In this document: piece by piece, positions 12,545 to 25,736 of the stretch | Layout: each line of letters begins with the position of its first letter | Numbering within the stretch: position 1 is the first letter of the stretch | Assembly: GCA_951406725.2 (NCBI GenBank) | Contig: OX597822.1 | Coordinates: 85,870,001-85,934,000 of the forward strand | DNA: 64,000 nucleotides | Origin: Octopus vulgaris | Taxonomy: Eukaryota | Reading direction: 5' to 3' | Program-made: the position numbers and the translations under genes | The notes under the pieces: generated by a model | What the model was told of the DNA's origin: nothing | What the model saw: only the letters and a program-made list of their open reading frames with translations | Database searches by the model: none

Positions 12545-12775
12545 ACACCCTTTGAGCATGGCCGTTGCCAGTACCGCCTGACTGGCCCTCATGCTGGTGG
12601 CATGTAAAAGCACCGACTACATTCTCGGAGTAGTTGGCATTAGGAAGGGCATCCAGCTGTAGAAACTCTGCCAGATCAGATTGGAGCCTGGTGCAGCCAT
12701 CTGGTTCGCCAGTCCTCAGTCAAATCGTCCGACCCATGCTAGCATGGAAAGCGGACATTAAACGATGATGATGAT
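12545..12775 (+). mobile_element. SINE family B
   Basis: Near-identical to 352-574, with (GAT)n tail. Others at ~15070-15310 (+), 15955-16130 (-), 26792-26980 (-), 63885-64000 (+). Confidence 0.8.
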
Positions 12776-14039
12776 TATTTGTTTCCATTGTCTATAACTC
12801 TAGCATACGACTGTATTATATTTCCTCAAATCATGTAAGTGGAAAACTTATAACACAAGTTAAAATCTTGGTAATGAATTCAAGACGTTTCAATTCCCAT
12901 TTTATATTTTTAGTGTATTAATCTTGCTCTATAAAAGTACACCTTACAACTCCTTGTCCTCCAATGTAAGTTAAAGTCTTGAGGATCTGCGTTCATGACC
13001 CAGTTTCTTTCAGTTTACTTTTAGCTTTCTCTCTCTTTTATATTGCTGTACATAAAAGTAGAAATAACTTGAATTTCATTGTTCTCCAATATCAGTTGGG
13101 TCAACATAAATTAAAATTTAGGTGCAGCTTCCTTGTTCGCCAGTTCTCAGTCAAACCGTCCAACCTATGCCAGCCTGGAAAGCGGACATTAAATGAGGTG
13201 AGCCAAGTTCATTATTCAGCTGTAATAAATAGTTTAAAATTATTCATGTGTTCGTCGTACTGTACAGACAATTATTAATGCTACAACTTTCAAGTCATTG
13301 CTCTCCAATGTACTGGGCTGAACAGTATGGAGGCATGCACTGTAACTGTGTGTTTGCTGCATCCACCATTTGTTGGTGGTTCCCTACTCCTGGTGGATGA
13401 CATCTTTGCGCCACTCCGGTGACAACCCTCCGACCCATGTGTCTGTTTCGGGTAGCCATTGTTGGTGAGGGTTTTATGAGGTCAAAGTGCAGATCCTACA
13501 TCAGCCTCTTTTATTCACTTTTGTGACATGCAGAGGAAACATTTGGTCTGTTCTTTGGTATGCCTGTCCCCACATAAGAAAATATCAGTAGGGCCAACAT
13601 GAATTAAAATTTAGGGGAACCAAGTTCATTATCCAATTTCAACACAGTTTTAAATGCTTAAATATGTCCATTTTGCTATACAAACAATTATAAATGTTAC
13701 GACTTAGAGTCCATTTTTCAAAATCATTGGAGTTAATTCTCTATTGATGCGTGTTTATGTCTGGGGAAAAATCAAACAAAGCACTTTTCTTTGTTTCTGC
13801 TCAATCTCTGCCAGTAAGTGGACATTAAATGCTGTTCTTTTATTATATTTAATACCAGAGTGGACACTGTCCATTTATGACTACAGAAAGCTGTGACAGT
13901 TTTCTCTATTTATTATACAAGCTCTAGATAAATAAGATATTGATTATCTCCATTATGTATGGATCTACATAATTGGTGAAACAGCTGGTCAAGTGACAAG
14001 GTCTTATAATTCCATTCCCACTAGTATCCATTATAACAA

Positions 14040-14288
14040 CAATGGTTCTTGATTGGAGTCCATATGGACCTTGGAGATCCACGTAAGATTTTGTTAAAAT
14101 TTATCCCCAATAAATAGGTTATACTTCTACTGTAACAAAATATTTTAACAATTTTTTAATACAATTTCTAATAATATTTAATTATAAAAATATAGGATTA
14201 TTTTAAATATTGAATGGCTTGGAGGTTCCCCCTCGATTAAAATGGGAATCAAGGGGTCCGGAGATAAAAAATGGTTTGAGAACCACTG
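14040..14288. mobile_element. hAT-type MITE
   Basis: Ends CAATGGTTCTT... and ...TTGAGAACCACTG (CAGTGGTTCTCAA-type TIR), with GGGGTCC subterminal motifs. Confidence 0.6.
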
Positions 14289-14559
14289 CATTAGAGGAAT
14301 ATAGATTACCATTAGTTCTTTACTGATATTTTATTGTCTTGGTCCAGAGGAAAGTTGATAAAGCTGACACCAGTGAGATTTGAACTTAGAATATAAAAGT
14401 CCATAAGTAAATACCGCTAGAGAATATGTCCACCATTCTTACAATTTTATTGATTACCATCTGAAATACTGAGAAGAGCTTGAATACTGAACCTGCAATG
14501 CACAGTTTGAGGTTAAAGGGACTTTGAGTGGGTGTAGCTCACTACTATAACCACATGTG

Positions 14560-14900
14560 AAAGCACATGGCTTAGGGGTTAGAGTGTTGAGTTTGCAATC
14601 ACAAGTAGATTGTGAACCCAAAGAGTTCAATTCCTGGACTGTGCTGTGTTCTTGAGCAAGGCACTTTATTTCACAATGCTCCAGTTCACTCAGCTGTAGA
14701 AATGAGTTGCAATGTCACAGGTGCCAGGCTGTATCGATCCCTTTGCTTTTCCCTTGGATAACACTGGTGGCATGGGGAGGCTGGTATGCATGGGTGACTG
14801 CTGGTCTTCCATAAAACAACCTTGCCCAGACTTGTGCCTCAGAGGGGAACTTTCTAGGTGCAATCCCATGGGTTATTCATGACTGAAGGGAATCTTTATA
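14560..14900 (+). mobile_element. tRNA-derived SINE family D
   Basis: TGGCTTAGGGGTTAG A-box and GAGTTCAATTCC B-box, followed by TGTTCTTGAGCAAGGCACTTTATTTCA. Related copy at ~54120-54420. Confidence 0.65.
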
Positions 14901-15876
14901 ATCATTACAATTACAATATAATTAATGTTTCTAATGTAATAATTGAGGATTTATTCAGTCTACACTAAATAGCATCCACTGGCACAAAGCCGCCACCACC
15001 ACCCTCACTACTACACCCTCCTCCCAACTCAGGGGTCTTTTTTGTCTTGCAACTTACTTAGTAACCCTGTCAGTGCTGGTGCCACATATAAAGCACTGCC
15101 GCTGGTGTCATGTAAAAGCACTGGTGCCGGTGCCACGTACAAAGCACCCAATACACTCTGTGGCATGGTAGGTGTTAGGCAGGACATCCAATCATAGAAA
15201 CCATGCCATAGCAGACAATTGAAGCCTGGTGTGGCCCCTGGCCTTACCAGCACCTGAGAAACTGTCCAACCCATGTCAGCATAGAAAACGGACGTTAAAT
15301 GATGATGATTCAGTCCATCGTGAATAAGGAATTAAATCTGCCTTTGAGTCAGCAGTTACGAAATAAGGAATAATACCCAGGGGATGTGCTCTGCTGAAAA
15401 CCAAACAGTAAGGTTGATGCTAACAAGTGTAGTCTGCCAAGGAAGGAGATTCTTATTCATTTAAGCTCCTCCCCTCCGCCACATCCCCTCCTCACTGTAA
15501 CGTTTTTATGCCTTTTATTTTTTTATTTAGAGAAAAGCAGTTGGAGGTTTTTATATCAGGTTCAGAATCTATACAATTTTTTTATTTGTTTTTTCTCTTT
15601 TAAACAATAAAAAGTACATTTTAAAAAAATAAACAAAGAAATCAGTAATATGGAATCTTAATCTAATGTTTTATATTGTTTTATTTCTGTATTGTTATGT
15701 ATATTGATGTATTAATGGTTAACTGGATAAAGAATTTATGTATTAATGGTTACCTGAATAAAGAAGATGGAATATATTGTCAGCGCTGGATTAGTTTTGA
15801 AATAAGGATATTAATGGGCAGTCAATAATGATAGCATTAGTGTTGCTCTGTTTCACTTTCTTAGCATCGGCTATCT

Positions 15877-15915
<39 letters not shown>

Positions 15916-16659
15916 TCTCACATGTGTATGTATATATATATATATATATATATATCATCATTTAATGTTCATTTTCGATACTAGCAAGGATTGGATGGTT
16001 TGACAGGAGCTGGCATGGCTGGAGAGTTGCACCAGGCTCCATTTGTCTGTTCTGGCATGATTTCTATGGCTAGATGCCTTTTCTAATGCCAACCACTTTA
16101 TAGAGTGGAGTAGGTGTTTTTTTACGTGGTAGCAGGTGTACGTATATACACATATATTTCATATCTATAAAAGTATGCATATTTTCTTTTTTTTTTAAGA
16201 TGGAAAGCAGCTGCCACTTCTACCAAATTCAAATAAATTTCTGATTACAAGATTCCATGAAATGGCTCAGACTTGGATTCTTAGAATGTTTTTTAAAATG
16301 TTTAATTCATGCATATATATATATAGAATATAATACGTGTGTGTGTGTATAATCTTGCTTGTTCATTCCTTTTGCACTTGTTTTCCCAGGTTAGTAAACG
16401 TTAGATGAATACACATTGTTGATCCATTAGTTTTAGCTGGATGCTCTTCCTGCTGTTAAACTTTTCCTGTTTTTCAAGTAAGGAAGTTTTCATTCTTGTC
16501 GTTGCCAATACAGAACCAGTGGACAATTGGTTGGCAGTGGAATGACAACAGAGAACACTACCATAGTTCAGCAACTTTTTTATGCAATTTCAGGACATGA
16601 ATGACAAACACACACACACACCCATTCTCTTCATTCATCTACATCTTATATGTTCATGC

Positions 16660-17260
16660 TACTCACTTCTGGCCATCAATCAGGATGGAGACACTCCTAT
16701 TGTTGCTGATGGTCTCTTCACCAATATTGTTCTGATTTACCCAGACAAAACATGCCATACCACTTATCCTCTTCTCACAAAACATTGGTAAAACTCTTCC
16801 ATTTTTTTTTCTTTTGCTAGATTTACCTCTCAAGTTTCTCTTTTAACAACTTTTTATCAATCCTATTTTCCCCTCCAATTCTTCTTTCTGGTTAAGCCTT
16901 CCTCTTGGCATTTGTGGTGTTGTCTGTTGTACCATTTCCCTACAGTTTCACCCCCACATGCCAAGAGCCTTTCTCCAACAACAGGTCTGGTGTGAGCTCC
17001 ATATGACAAAGAAATATTTCAGTTTTCATACCTTTCTTCTACCCTTTGTCTTGTTTTATCTATCCACCCAACTTTCATTCTGAAGTCGCTAACCGATATC
17101 CAGTGTTTTTTTTTTTTTTTCTTCACTTGATGCTGCAGCATGGCTTGCACTTGTGCAGGCAAGTTGCAGTCAGTGAGCTTGGTTCTCGACTGGACAGTGG
17201 TGGAAGATTTCAGGGATCAGAAAGTGTGTACTACGGCAATTGGCACCTGGATTAAAAGAG
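16660..17260 (-). mobile_element. Highly decayed RTE-like LINE ORF fragment
   Basis: Minus-strand translation fragments (AKRKA...GG; V..N...GEETISNN) resemble the RTE linker upstream of RT. Many stops. Confidence 0.4.
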
Positions 17261-18599
17261 AGAATGAACCAAGTCCTCCCTGATCTGCTGGAAGTGTTTG
17301 AAGCCAACGAAGACATTTTTTTTTTTTTTTTTTTTTTTTTATCAGTTTGACAATAGAGGATGAAACGTGACCGTCTCTTTAGAAATCTAGAAGCAGTTCT
17401 TTATTAGTTGTAATAAAAAAAAAACATCTTTAAACACAGTTGATGAAAGCCTCTGACAATAATCCAGGTTTCCTACTTAGTAACGAGGCCACACAATTCG
17501 AGAGATCGATTTGATCATTGAATAAGATTAGTATTCATCGATCTGTTAAGGATGAAAGATAAAATCGATATCAGCAAGAATTGAGCTCGGAATGCAAAGA
17601 GACGACATAGCTAAATGCCAAAATGAAATTTGTACGGCACCCTACAGATTCTGTCATTCATGATTGACTAAAATGATTTTTAAATTATGAGAAGATAAGA
17701 GAGTGGCGGAAATTAAAACGAAATGGATTGTGAAAACAAGGGGAGTCACTCTGTCGTATATTAAACAAGGGAGCTAACTATTAGATACTTTAAAACTGCC
17801 ACAACCAAACACGCATGTGTTGTATCGTCTGCAAGACAGTAACTTCTACATGGTCTCTTGATCGGCTAGAAATAACAGCAAAATCTCTCAGATTACACCC
17901 GACCATCTAAAAACGAGAAAAGAAAGAGATATCAGATAATTAAATTCTAGATGCACTACGTGTATTAAAGAGGAAATAATCACAGCAGGAAAATCTTAGA
18001 TCTGCTACTGTCACTAATGAGATATAACCAAATATCAACAATATAGAGAAATAAGTACATAAACAATGAATTTATGTGCACCAGAAGTAATAACATACTG
18101 TAACTTAGACGTGGTGCTACTGATTGTAGGGTTCCTAATATAGGAACCGAAGTGTTAAGCAGCGAGCGGGCAGAATCATTTGCACGCCAGACGAAATATT
18201 TAGCAGTATTCTATTTGTCTTGATGTTGTGACTTCAAATTCTGCCGAGGTCGACTTTGCCCTTCATCTTTTGGGGGCGATAAAATAAGCACCAGCTGAGA
18301 ACTGGGGTCGATGTTACTGACCCCTTCCCCAAAACTGCTGGCCTTGAACCAAAATTTGAAACCAGTATTGGAACATGCTTGGCTGCCTATAGAAACCATT
18401 TGACGTGAGTTCATTTAATAATATTTAATTGTGTCTGGCCAGGCACTGTGGATCCATTACTAAGGAAGTTCACACGTTTCCTATCTTCCCTGAAGACTAG
18501 GAGAGGTATGGCACTACTTGGATTCTATTTTATCTATCTATCTATCTATCTGTCTGTTTCTATCTCTCTACATATATACATATGTGTGTGTATGTATGC

Positions 18600-19130
18600 A
18601 TAAGGACTACTATAAAGTCACTTGGAATGGCTCCAGAAGACATAGAAACCCTTGCTTCAGATCGAGTTGGATGGCAAACAAAAGTGTGGAGTGAAAGGAA
18701 AGCATTTGAAGAGGCCAAGATAATGCATGTAAGATTCAAAAGATATCTAAGGTAGAATATAACGATTGAGAAGGTGAATGACAATGACCTTTTTGTGTGC
18801 AGTCTGTGACAGACCATGCCTGTCTTTTGCTGAGTTCAAATCTCATCTGTGAACCCATGGAAAACAAATCTCCACCAACTATTCTACCTATATGTCTGTG
18901 CACTTTGAATGCAATGTATGCCAGAAGGTTTGCAAATCCAACGGAGGCCTCAAAAGTCATTTTAAGATCCACAAGGATCAGAACTTAACTGCTGTTCTTG
19001 GTGGTCCAATTCGGATGTACAATCTGTGTGCATGTCTTTTCAGAACATTATCTGGTTTAAAAAGCCACATCAGATGCCATGATGGTACAGGTGGTGGTCA
19101 AACTCTGCATGAGGAGTAGACAACCACTAG
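18600..19130 (+). mobile_element. RTE-like LINE 3' end with three C2H2 zinc fingers
   Basis: ETLASDRVGWQTKV..KAFEE (RTE C-terminal A.DR..W motif), then CAVC..KSHL*TH, CNVC..KSHFKIH and (Y)NLC..KSHIRCH. Confidence 0.7.
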
Positions 19131-20150
19131 CATGTGTGTATGTATGTATTATTCTTTAACAAGAATAATATTGTCAGTGACTTCGAAACTTCAGTCTACT
19201 AAGCTGTCATTGGAATACCTCAAAGCTTTATGTAGTCTCAGGTTAATTTGTTTTTATTGGGTTTGGTTCAGCCTAACCCAATAAAAACTGAAGGATAATA
19301 TGGTTGTAAGGCAGACTGAGATGAAAAGATATTATGGAAGATTTTTATGGACTAAATTTGGTGTTGTGTTATTGTTCAGAATTCAGTGTATCAGCTTTAG
19401 TTCTTGGTGCTGTTTTGTAGGGGTTCACAAAAGGGTGTTGGTAGGAGATAAGGTTAGTTGGTCAGTAGATTTGTAGCAAGCTCAAGTTGTAGATCTTATT
19501 TTGACATTAATGGGAGATTTAACCTTTTGTTTTGTTTTCGGAATGTGGAGGTTATAGATCAGTGTTCAGTCCCACAGGTAAAACTTTGTAATTAGGTGTG
19601 TTTATTTGGGTGCGTCAAAGGAGCTGGAAAGGTTAGTTGGTCAGCAGATTTATTTACTTCTTGTTTGTGCTACTTAGGAAATTTAACCTGTTTGTTTTGG
19701 GAAGGTAAAGGCCATTGTTCAGGGTTCAACCAAGTAAAGCTCTGTGATTAAGTGTGTTTATTTAGTGTATTAGCTTTAGGTCATGGTGTTGTCAGTACAG
19801 AAATTTATTAATTTTGTGCTTTAACAGAGACTATATACCACTCAGATGAATTGCTATGTACCACAGTCCAATGATGGCTCACCAGACCAAACTTTCAGGG
19901 TCGCTGTCAATACTGTTCTTTTTCAAGAATAATAAACCTTGTACTCTGCGAACTGTATTGATTAATTCTTCAGTTTAATGTAAAGTTATTTTATTATAAC
20001 TTGACATAAAAACAAACATTAATAAATATATATCTATCTATGTATATTTGTATGTGTGTGTGTGTAAATAGATATGAATCTATATATATATATACATGAG
20101 TGTTTATGTGTCTGTGTGTATTAATATATGTAGCTGTGTATATGTAAGTC

Positions 20151-20207
<57 letters not shown>

Positions 20208-20259
20208 GATGTATATGTTTATATTTAGGCTTTATATATATATGCATGTGTGTGTGTAT

Positions 20260-21510
20260 CTTAGAGGTGTACTTGTCAAGGGCACATATTCAATAGGTTC
20301 AGGAAGGACCTCACCAACACCATGAGATCCCTCCACCACAACATCACATCAGAAATCAATCTGAAGGCAGTGGATTTCCTTGACGTGACCTTGGACTTGG
20401 AATTCAGTGCCAATAGGGAGCCAAATGAGAAGCTGCTATGCATCAACACAGCTTCCTCTCATCCAGCCATTGTGTTCAGGAACATGGCAAAGAGAGTCAG
20501 CAGAAGAATCTACAACCTGTCTTCAAGTAATGAGAGTTTTGATGCCTCTGCCCTGCACTCAGATGAGGTCCTGGCTGCCAGCAGTTTTAAGGACAGGATT
20601 AGTTAGATGCTGGACCCAAACCCTACTGAGAGAAAATATCACTGGAGTGTGTTGTAGTTCACGCCCTGTTTCTCTTTAAACATAAACACTTGTGCAGGTA
20701 AGATATTAGTGGAGAATCACTTTCCCTGTATGAATAGGTTCAGTAAAATTTGTTGCGGGCACACCTCAAGAGATTCCTTTAATGTGTGTCAAAAAGATAG
20801 TAGGCAGGCCTGAGATAGTAGCAAGATGCTCGTATAGATACACCACCACATGTCCTATTTTAGGCCACTGTAAACATGGAGACTATCGTATATGAGGCAG
20901 AAGTAACATCAGAGGGTCTCAATGGACAGTCAAACAGGTGGCAGTATTTCAGTGAGAGAGAAGGTCCTATCAGGAACAGATTCAACAGCATAAATCCTCC
21001 TTTAGTATTCAAGAAATGCACAATGTCGCAGCCTTATCTAGATATGTATGGTCATCAATGAAAGTACTAAGAAGTACTACAGCAAATCTTAAAGAATTGT
21101 GAGCCTTATTTTAATAGCAGTAGAAAATGCAGGTAGTATTTAGCAGGGAAATGGATCATATAGATAAATTTTGGGGACCCAGACATCTACCAAAATGTAC
21201 CGTATTTGCAACTGCACAATTATTCGTTAATTAGTGATCTCACTGACGATCTACAGATTCCAAATTAGTTTATTTGGCAATTAATAGAGAAACTTCAGTT
21301 TGGGATTAACTAATTCATTTTGTATTCGTTCTGGTGTTATAACAGTGTTCCTCATGAATTTTTTCTGTGGTTTGGGTTTTAACTGCCCTTTTAGCATGTA
21401 AGGAGTCCTGTGTATTTTATACACTCTTGTATTTTTAAAAATATATCTTCTGACTTTTATCTATGAATACTAACCACTAGTAATAAATTATGTTAATTTA
21501 TTACCCTCAT
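20260..21510 (+). mobile_element. Penelope-like element remnant (RT C-terminus, GIY-YIG endonuclease, 3' region with hammerhead)
   Basis: VDFLDVTLDL..PNEKLLCINTASSHPAIVFRNMAKRVSRRIYNLSS (PLE RT thumb) and IVYEAEVT...WQY..EGPIRNRF (GIY-YIG). Hammerhead at 21229-21315. Confidence 0.85.
21229..21315 (+). ncRNA. Type I hammerhead ribozyme, core apparently intact
   Basis: Stem I AATTAGTGATCTCA(21229-21242)/TGGGATTAACTAATT(21301-21315). CTGACGA 21243-21249. Stem II TCTA/TAGA. GAAAC 21289-21293, loop TTCA, GTT cleavage triplet 21298-21300. Confidence 0.8.
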
Positions 21511-22435
21511 ATTTATGATACACACACACATATACACGTGTATGTATATGTATTTCATTGAAACTGAAAAGCTTTCACAAACTGCAACTCAGAGTTTCAC
21601 ATAATTGATCATCAGGTAACTGTGAGTTCTTTGAGCAATACGATGGTTTCTAAACAGTTCTATATGGTACAGTTTAAGACAGGGAGCTGGCAGAATCATT
21701 TGCATGCTTAGTGGCAATTCCTCCATCTTTATGTTCTGAGTTCAAATTCAGTTGAGGCTGTCTTTGATTTCATTCTTTCAGGGTTGATAAAATAAGTACC
21801 AGTTGCACTCTAGGGTCGATTTCATCGACTTATTCAGCCCACCACCACACACACACATACCCCACCCCATCCCCACAGCACCCACCCACACAACACCCCC
21901 ACCACAAAAAAACCTGCTAGCATTGTGACAAAATTTGTAACCAATAATTAAGCAATCAAACAGACATTTAATGCTGACCAGAGAGGACATTATTTCATTA
22001 CAGGAATCTGTGAGGTTAAAATGTGTGTCCATCATGGGAAAAATTAAAACATTTTCAGTTGAAATTCAATTAAAACTGAACGACATAAACTGCCTGTAAA
22101 CATGGAAGTAAGTTTAACCATCACAGGTTGGGTGGGGAGGGGACCAGTCGAGAAATGAAAAATTTCAGAAAAATATGTTGGGAAAGATGCAAATGATATT
22201 TAAAAATTAAGACAATGGAAAATGAATTTTGCCAAAACAAGAATTTAATATAAAAATAAATGAATAAATAAGTTTATTATAAAGAAGACATGTCTAACAC
22301 ATTGCAACATGGAAAGAAATGTATCTTAAATTATGATGATGATGAAGATGGTGATATATGTGTGTGCATGTGTATGTATGTTGTCTTGATTAATAAAAAT
22401 TCTCATGTCTTCCATCTTCTGTTTTTCAATTACCA

Positions 22436-22436
22436 T

Positions 22437-22531
<95 letters not shown>

Positions 22532-24305
22532 ACACTTACATTCATACACACACACACCTACACAGCCATACCCTCACTCAGACACACACACCTACCTACA
22601 CACACACAAAAACACACACCCATACATACATACATCTACACACACACGCCTACACACATACATACACACATAAACACACACACATACACATACACACACA
22701 TACGTACACACACATATACTTATGCACACACACACACACACACATGCACACACACACACACACACACATACATACTCCTATACGCACATACATACATACA
22801 GACATACACACACACACACACACTCACACAAACATACACACTCACACAAACATACACACACACATACTTACACACACACTCGCCTGCACGCGCACACACA
22901 TGCATGACAAACACCCATACACTCACACTCACACACACCAACATAAACACGCACACGCACACACACACCTACACTCCCACACACATACATACGCACCTAC
23001 ATACACACACGCACGCATACACACGCACACACACGCATACACACATACATTACACACGTACACACACACCTACATACACATGCATACATACACACACACA
23101 AACATGCACGGACACACCCAGACATACATACATACACCTATATACACACGCCCACACACCTACATACACACACATACATACACACACATACACGGACACA
23201 CCCATACATACTTACATACATACACCTATACACACACGCCTACACACCTACATACACACACATGCATACACACACACACATGTACGCACATACACACACA
23301 TATACACACATACATATATACCCACACACATGCACACACACACACATACGCACATGCATGCATGCATGCACACGCACACACCTACACGCATACACACACA
23401 CACACGCACGTACACATACATACATACACACACACATACATACACCCATACACATACATGCATCCTACACACACATACACACTCACACATACATACACAC
23501 ACACACACTCACTCACACACCTGTATGTACGCGCACACACATGCACATACACACACTTCCACACACCCACACGTACATACATACACACTCATACACATAC
23601 ACACACACACACACACGGACATACATCTATGCACACACATATATACACACATACTCACATACATTCATCGGACACACTGACACCCAGACATACACACAGA
23701 CACACTCACACATCCACACACATACATACTTATGCGCATACTCGCAGGCGCGCGCACACACGCACTTGCGCCGGTTCGCGCACGCATACGCGCTGCATGC
23801 ACCTCGCACTTGGACCCGACGAGACCTCCCGCTCGTTCCTGGGACCGTCGCTTGTCGTTGGGTTCTCCCACGCCCGTCTCCGCGGAACCACTCTTCCATC
23901 TTCCCCTCAGCTGGAGTCCTTTTTCCTTAACCCCACCCTTTTTTGTTACACACACGCGCACACATATACACACCCACTCACACACACACATTGCTTAAAT
24001 ATATACATTACTCTTACACACATTCAATCTACTCGCCATTAATACTACCACGACACTGGACACACACACACACTACTACTCAACACGCTACATACCGCCC
24101 CCACCCCTTCCCTCCCTCCCTTCCTCCTTCCTTCATTTTCTTACTACTGACCACTGTCTGCTATGCCTACTACTGTCTCGCCCTACCTCACACGCCTACA
24201 CACAGACGCACACACTAACACATACATATATTTTTTGTTTTTTTATCTCGCCTCACACACACATACACACACGCACATGCACACACTCACACATACACAC
24301 ACATC
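22436..24305. repeat. (TA)n tract followed by ~1.8 kb degenerate (CA/CATA)n array with a GC-rich island at ~23740-23940
   Basis: Direct inspection. All ORFs here are H/T/Y or C/V/M low-complexity artefacts. Confidence 0.9.
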
Positions 24306-24476
24306 TGTTGCGTTACCAACCCTGTCTCCACTCTTTTGGCTTTAAAAACCTACTTTGCTCTTGTTATCGTAAACTTCCGCCTTTCACCATGTGTACTTCG
24401 TAAACACCAGTCGTTTTTTTCTCCATCTCCTGTTGCCCGCTTTGGGATCTTTCTTTCCTCTCTCTTCCTTCTTTAT

Positions 24477-24511
24477 GTTTCCGACGAAGAGCTCCGCTCG
24501 AAACGTCATAC
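24477..24511 (+). ncRNA. Minimal hammerhead-like motif (U4>C variant)
   Basis: GTTT-CCGACGA-a-GAGC tcc GCTC-GAAACGTC-ATAC. Stem III ACGT is palindromic, as in dimer-forming minimal hammerheads. Confidence 0.6.
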
Positions 24512-24600
24512 CTTCCTGCTTCCATATTTCCTGAGCGCCTATTAATAATAATACTGTAATTGTTCCACTGTTGTTGTTTTTTTGTTTTCCCGTTTGGATT

Positions 24601-24632
<32 letters not shown>

Positions 24633-24670
24633 GAGTTCATTGATTAAACCTCACTAAGTTAAATATTTAA

Positions 24671-24737
24671 ACCACCTGAAAAATGACTGTAACTCGAAAT
24701 TTCAAGAATTGGACAGCCATGAAATGATCGTAGTGTT
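24671..24737 (+). ncRNA. Degenerate hammerhead-like motif between (TA)n tracts
   Basis: ACCAC-CTGAAAA-ATGACTGT..ACAGCCAT-GAAATGATCGTA-GTGTT. Core G8>A; stem III derives from palindromic ACGATCGT. Confidence 0.5.
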
Positions 24738-24860
24738 ATACTAATTATCTTTTTTAATAATTTTGATATATATTTAAATAATATAAATTAATTAATCTTA
24801 TGTATTGGCTTAAGTTTTTCATTGTATGATTTACCTAATAGTGGTTTTATCTCTAATTTA

Positions 24861-24920
<60 letters not shown>

Positions 24921-25012
24921 TATAAGATCCTTAATTTAAGAATAAAATAGCAATTTTATCAAGTGGTCAGCATGGAAAAAAATAACCTTCAAAGGTAATA
25001 ATTATTAAAATT

Positions 25013-25194
25013 ATAAATTAGGATATCTACGAGATACCACCATGCTGAAAATAGCAGCCATGATCAGACTCTAAAACCACCTTAATTGTCCATATATCCA
25101 CACGTATTGATATATGGATAAATAAGGTCGTTTTAGAGTCTGATCATGGCTGCTATTTTCAGCATGGTGGTATCTCGTAGATAACCTAATTTAT
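25013..25194. repeat. Near-perfect ~180-bp palindrome (fold-back element)
   Basis: ATAAATTAGGATATCTACGAGATACCACCATGCTGAAAATAGCAGCC... and its reverse complement, centred at ~25103, within (TA)n tracts. Confidence 0.85.
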
Positions 25195-25736
25195 TTATAA
25201 TTATATATATATATATATATATGTATATACGTATGTATGTATGTATGTATAAATAAATAAAATTCTGAAATTCAGAGAGACAGACAAACAGACAGGCAGG
25301 CAGGCAGAGTAAAAGTGCAATGAAGAATGTGGAATAATTTGAATGATTCTCTAACTGAATTAAGCAAGCATGCTAATTAGCCATTACAGAATTACATCGG
25401 CCTTTGAACATGAGTGCCACAATGGCAGGAAAGAGTAATTAGGAAAATAAAGAAATCAACAATTAATTATATTGTTTGTGGAATTCAATATTCATGAACA
25501 TTGTTATCAGAACTTTTAATTTGTAATCCCCTTTCAAAGCAATCCTTGGTTTATAGTTTCAAAGATGTCCTTTCTTCATGTTAGCTACATTCCAAAATCC
25601 AAGAAAATCAACAAAAATTTATTCATGGTCAGACAAACATTTTCTTAAACTGATAAACTTGTGTGTTTAGCACATATTTTCTTCAGTTTCAGGGTTTGTT
25701 TTATTAACAATGTGTGTGTGTGTGTGTGTGTGTATA

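Noticed and set aside
22405-24042. 545-aa His/Thr-rich ORF and overlapping ORFs
   Set aside because: Translation of (TA)n/(CA)n microsatellite, which lacks stops by composition; no domain or splice support.
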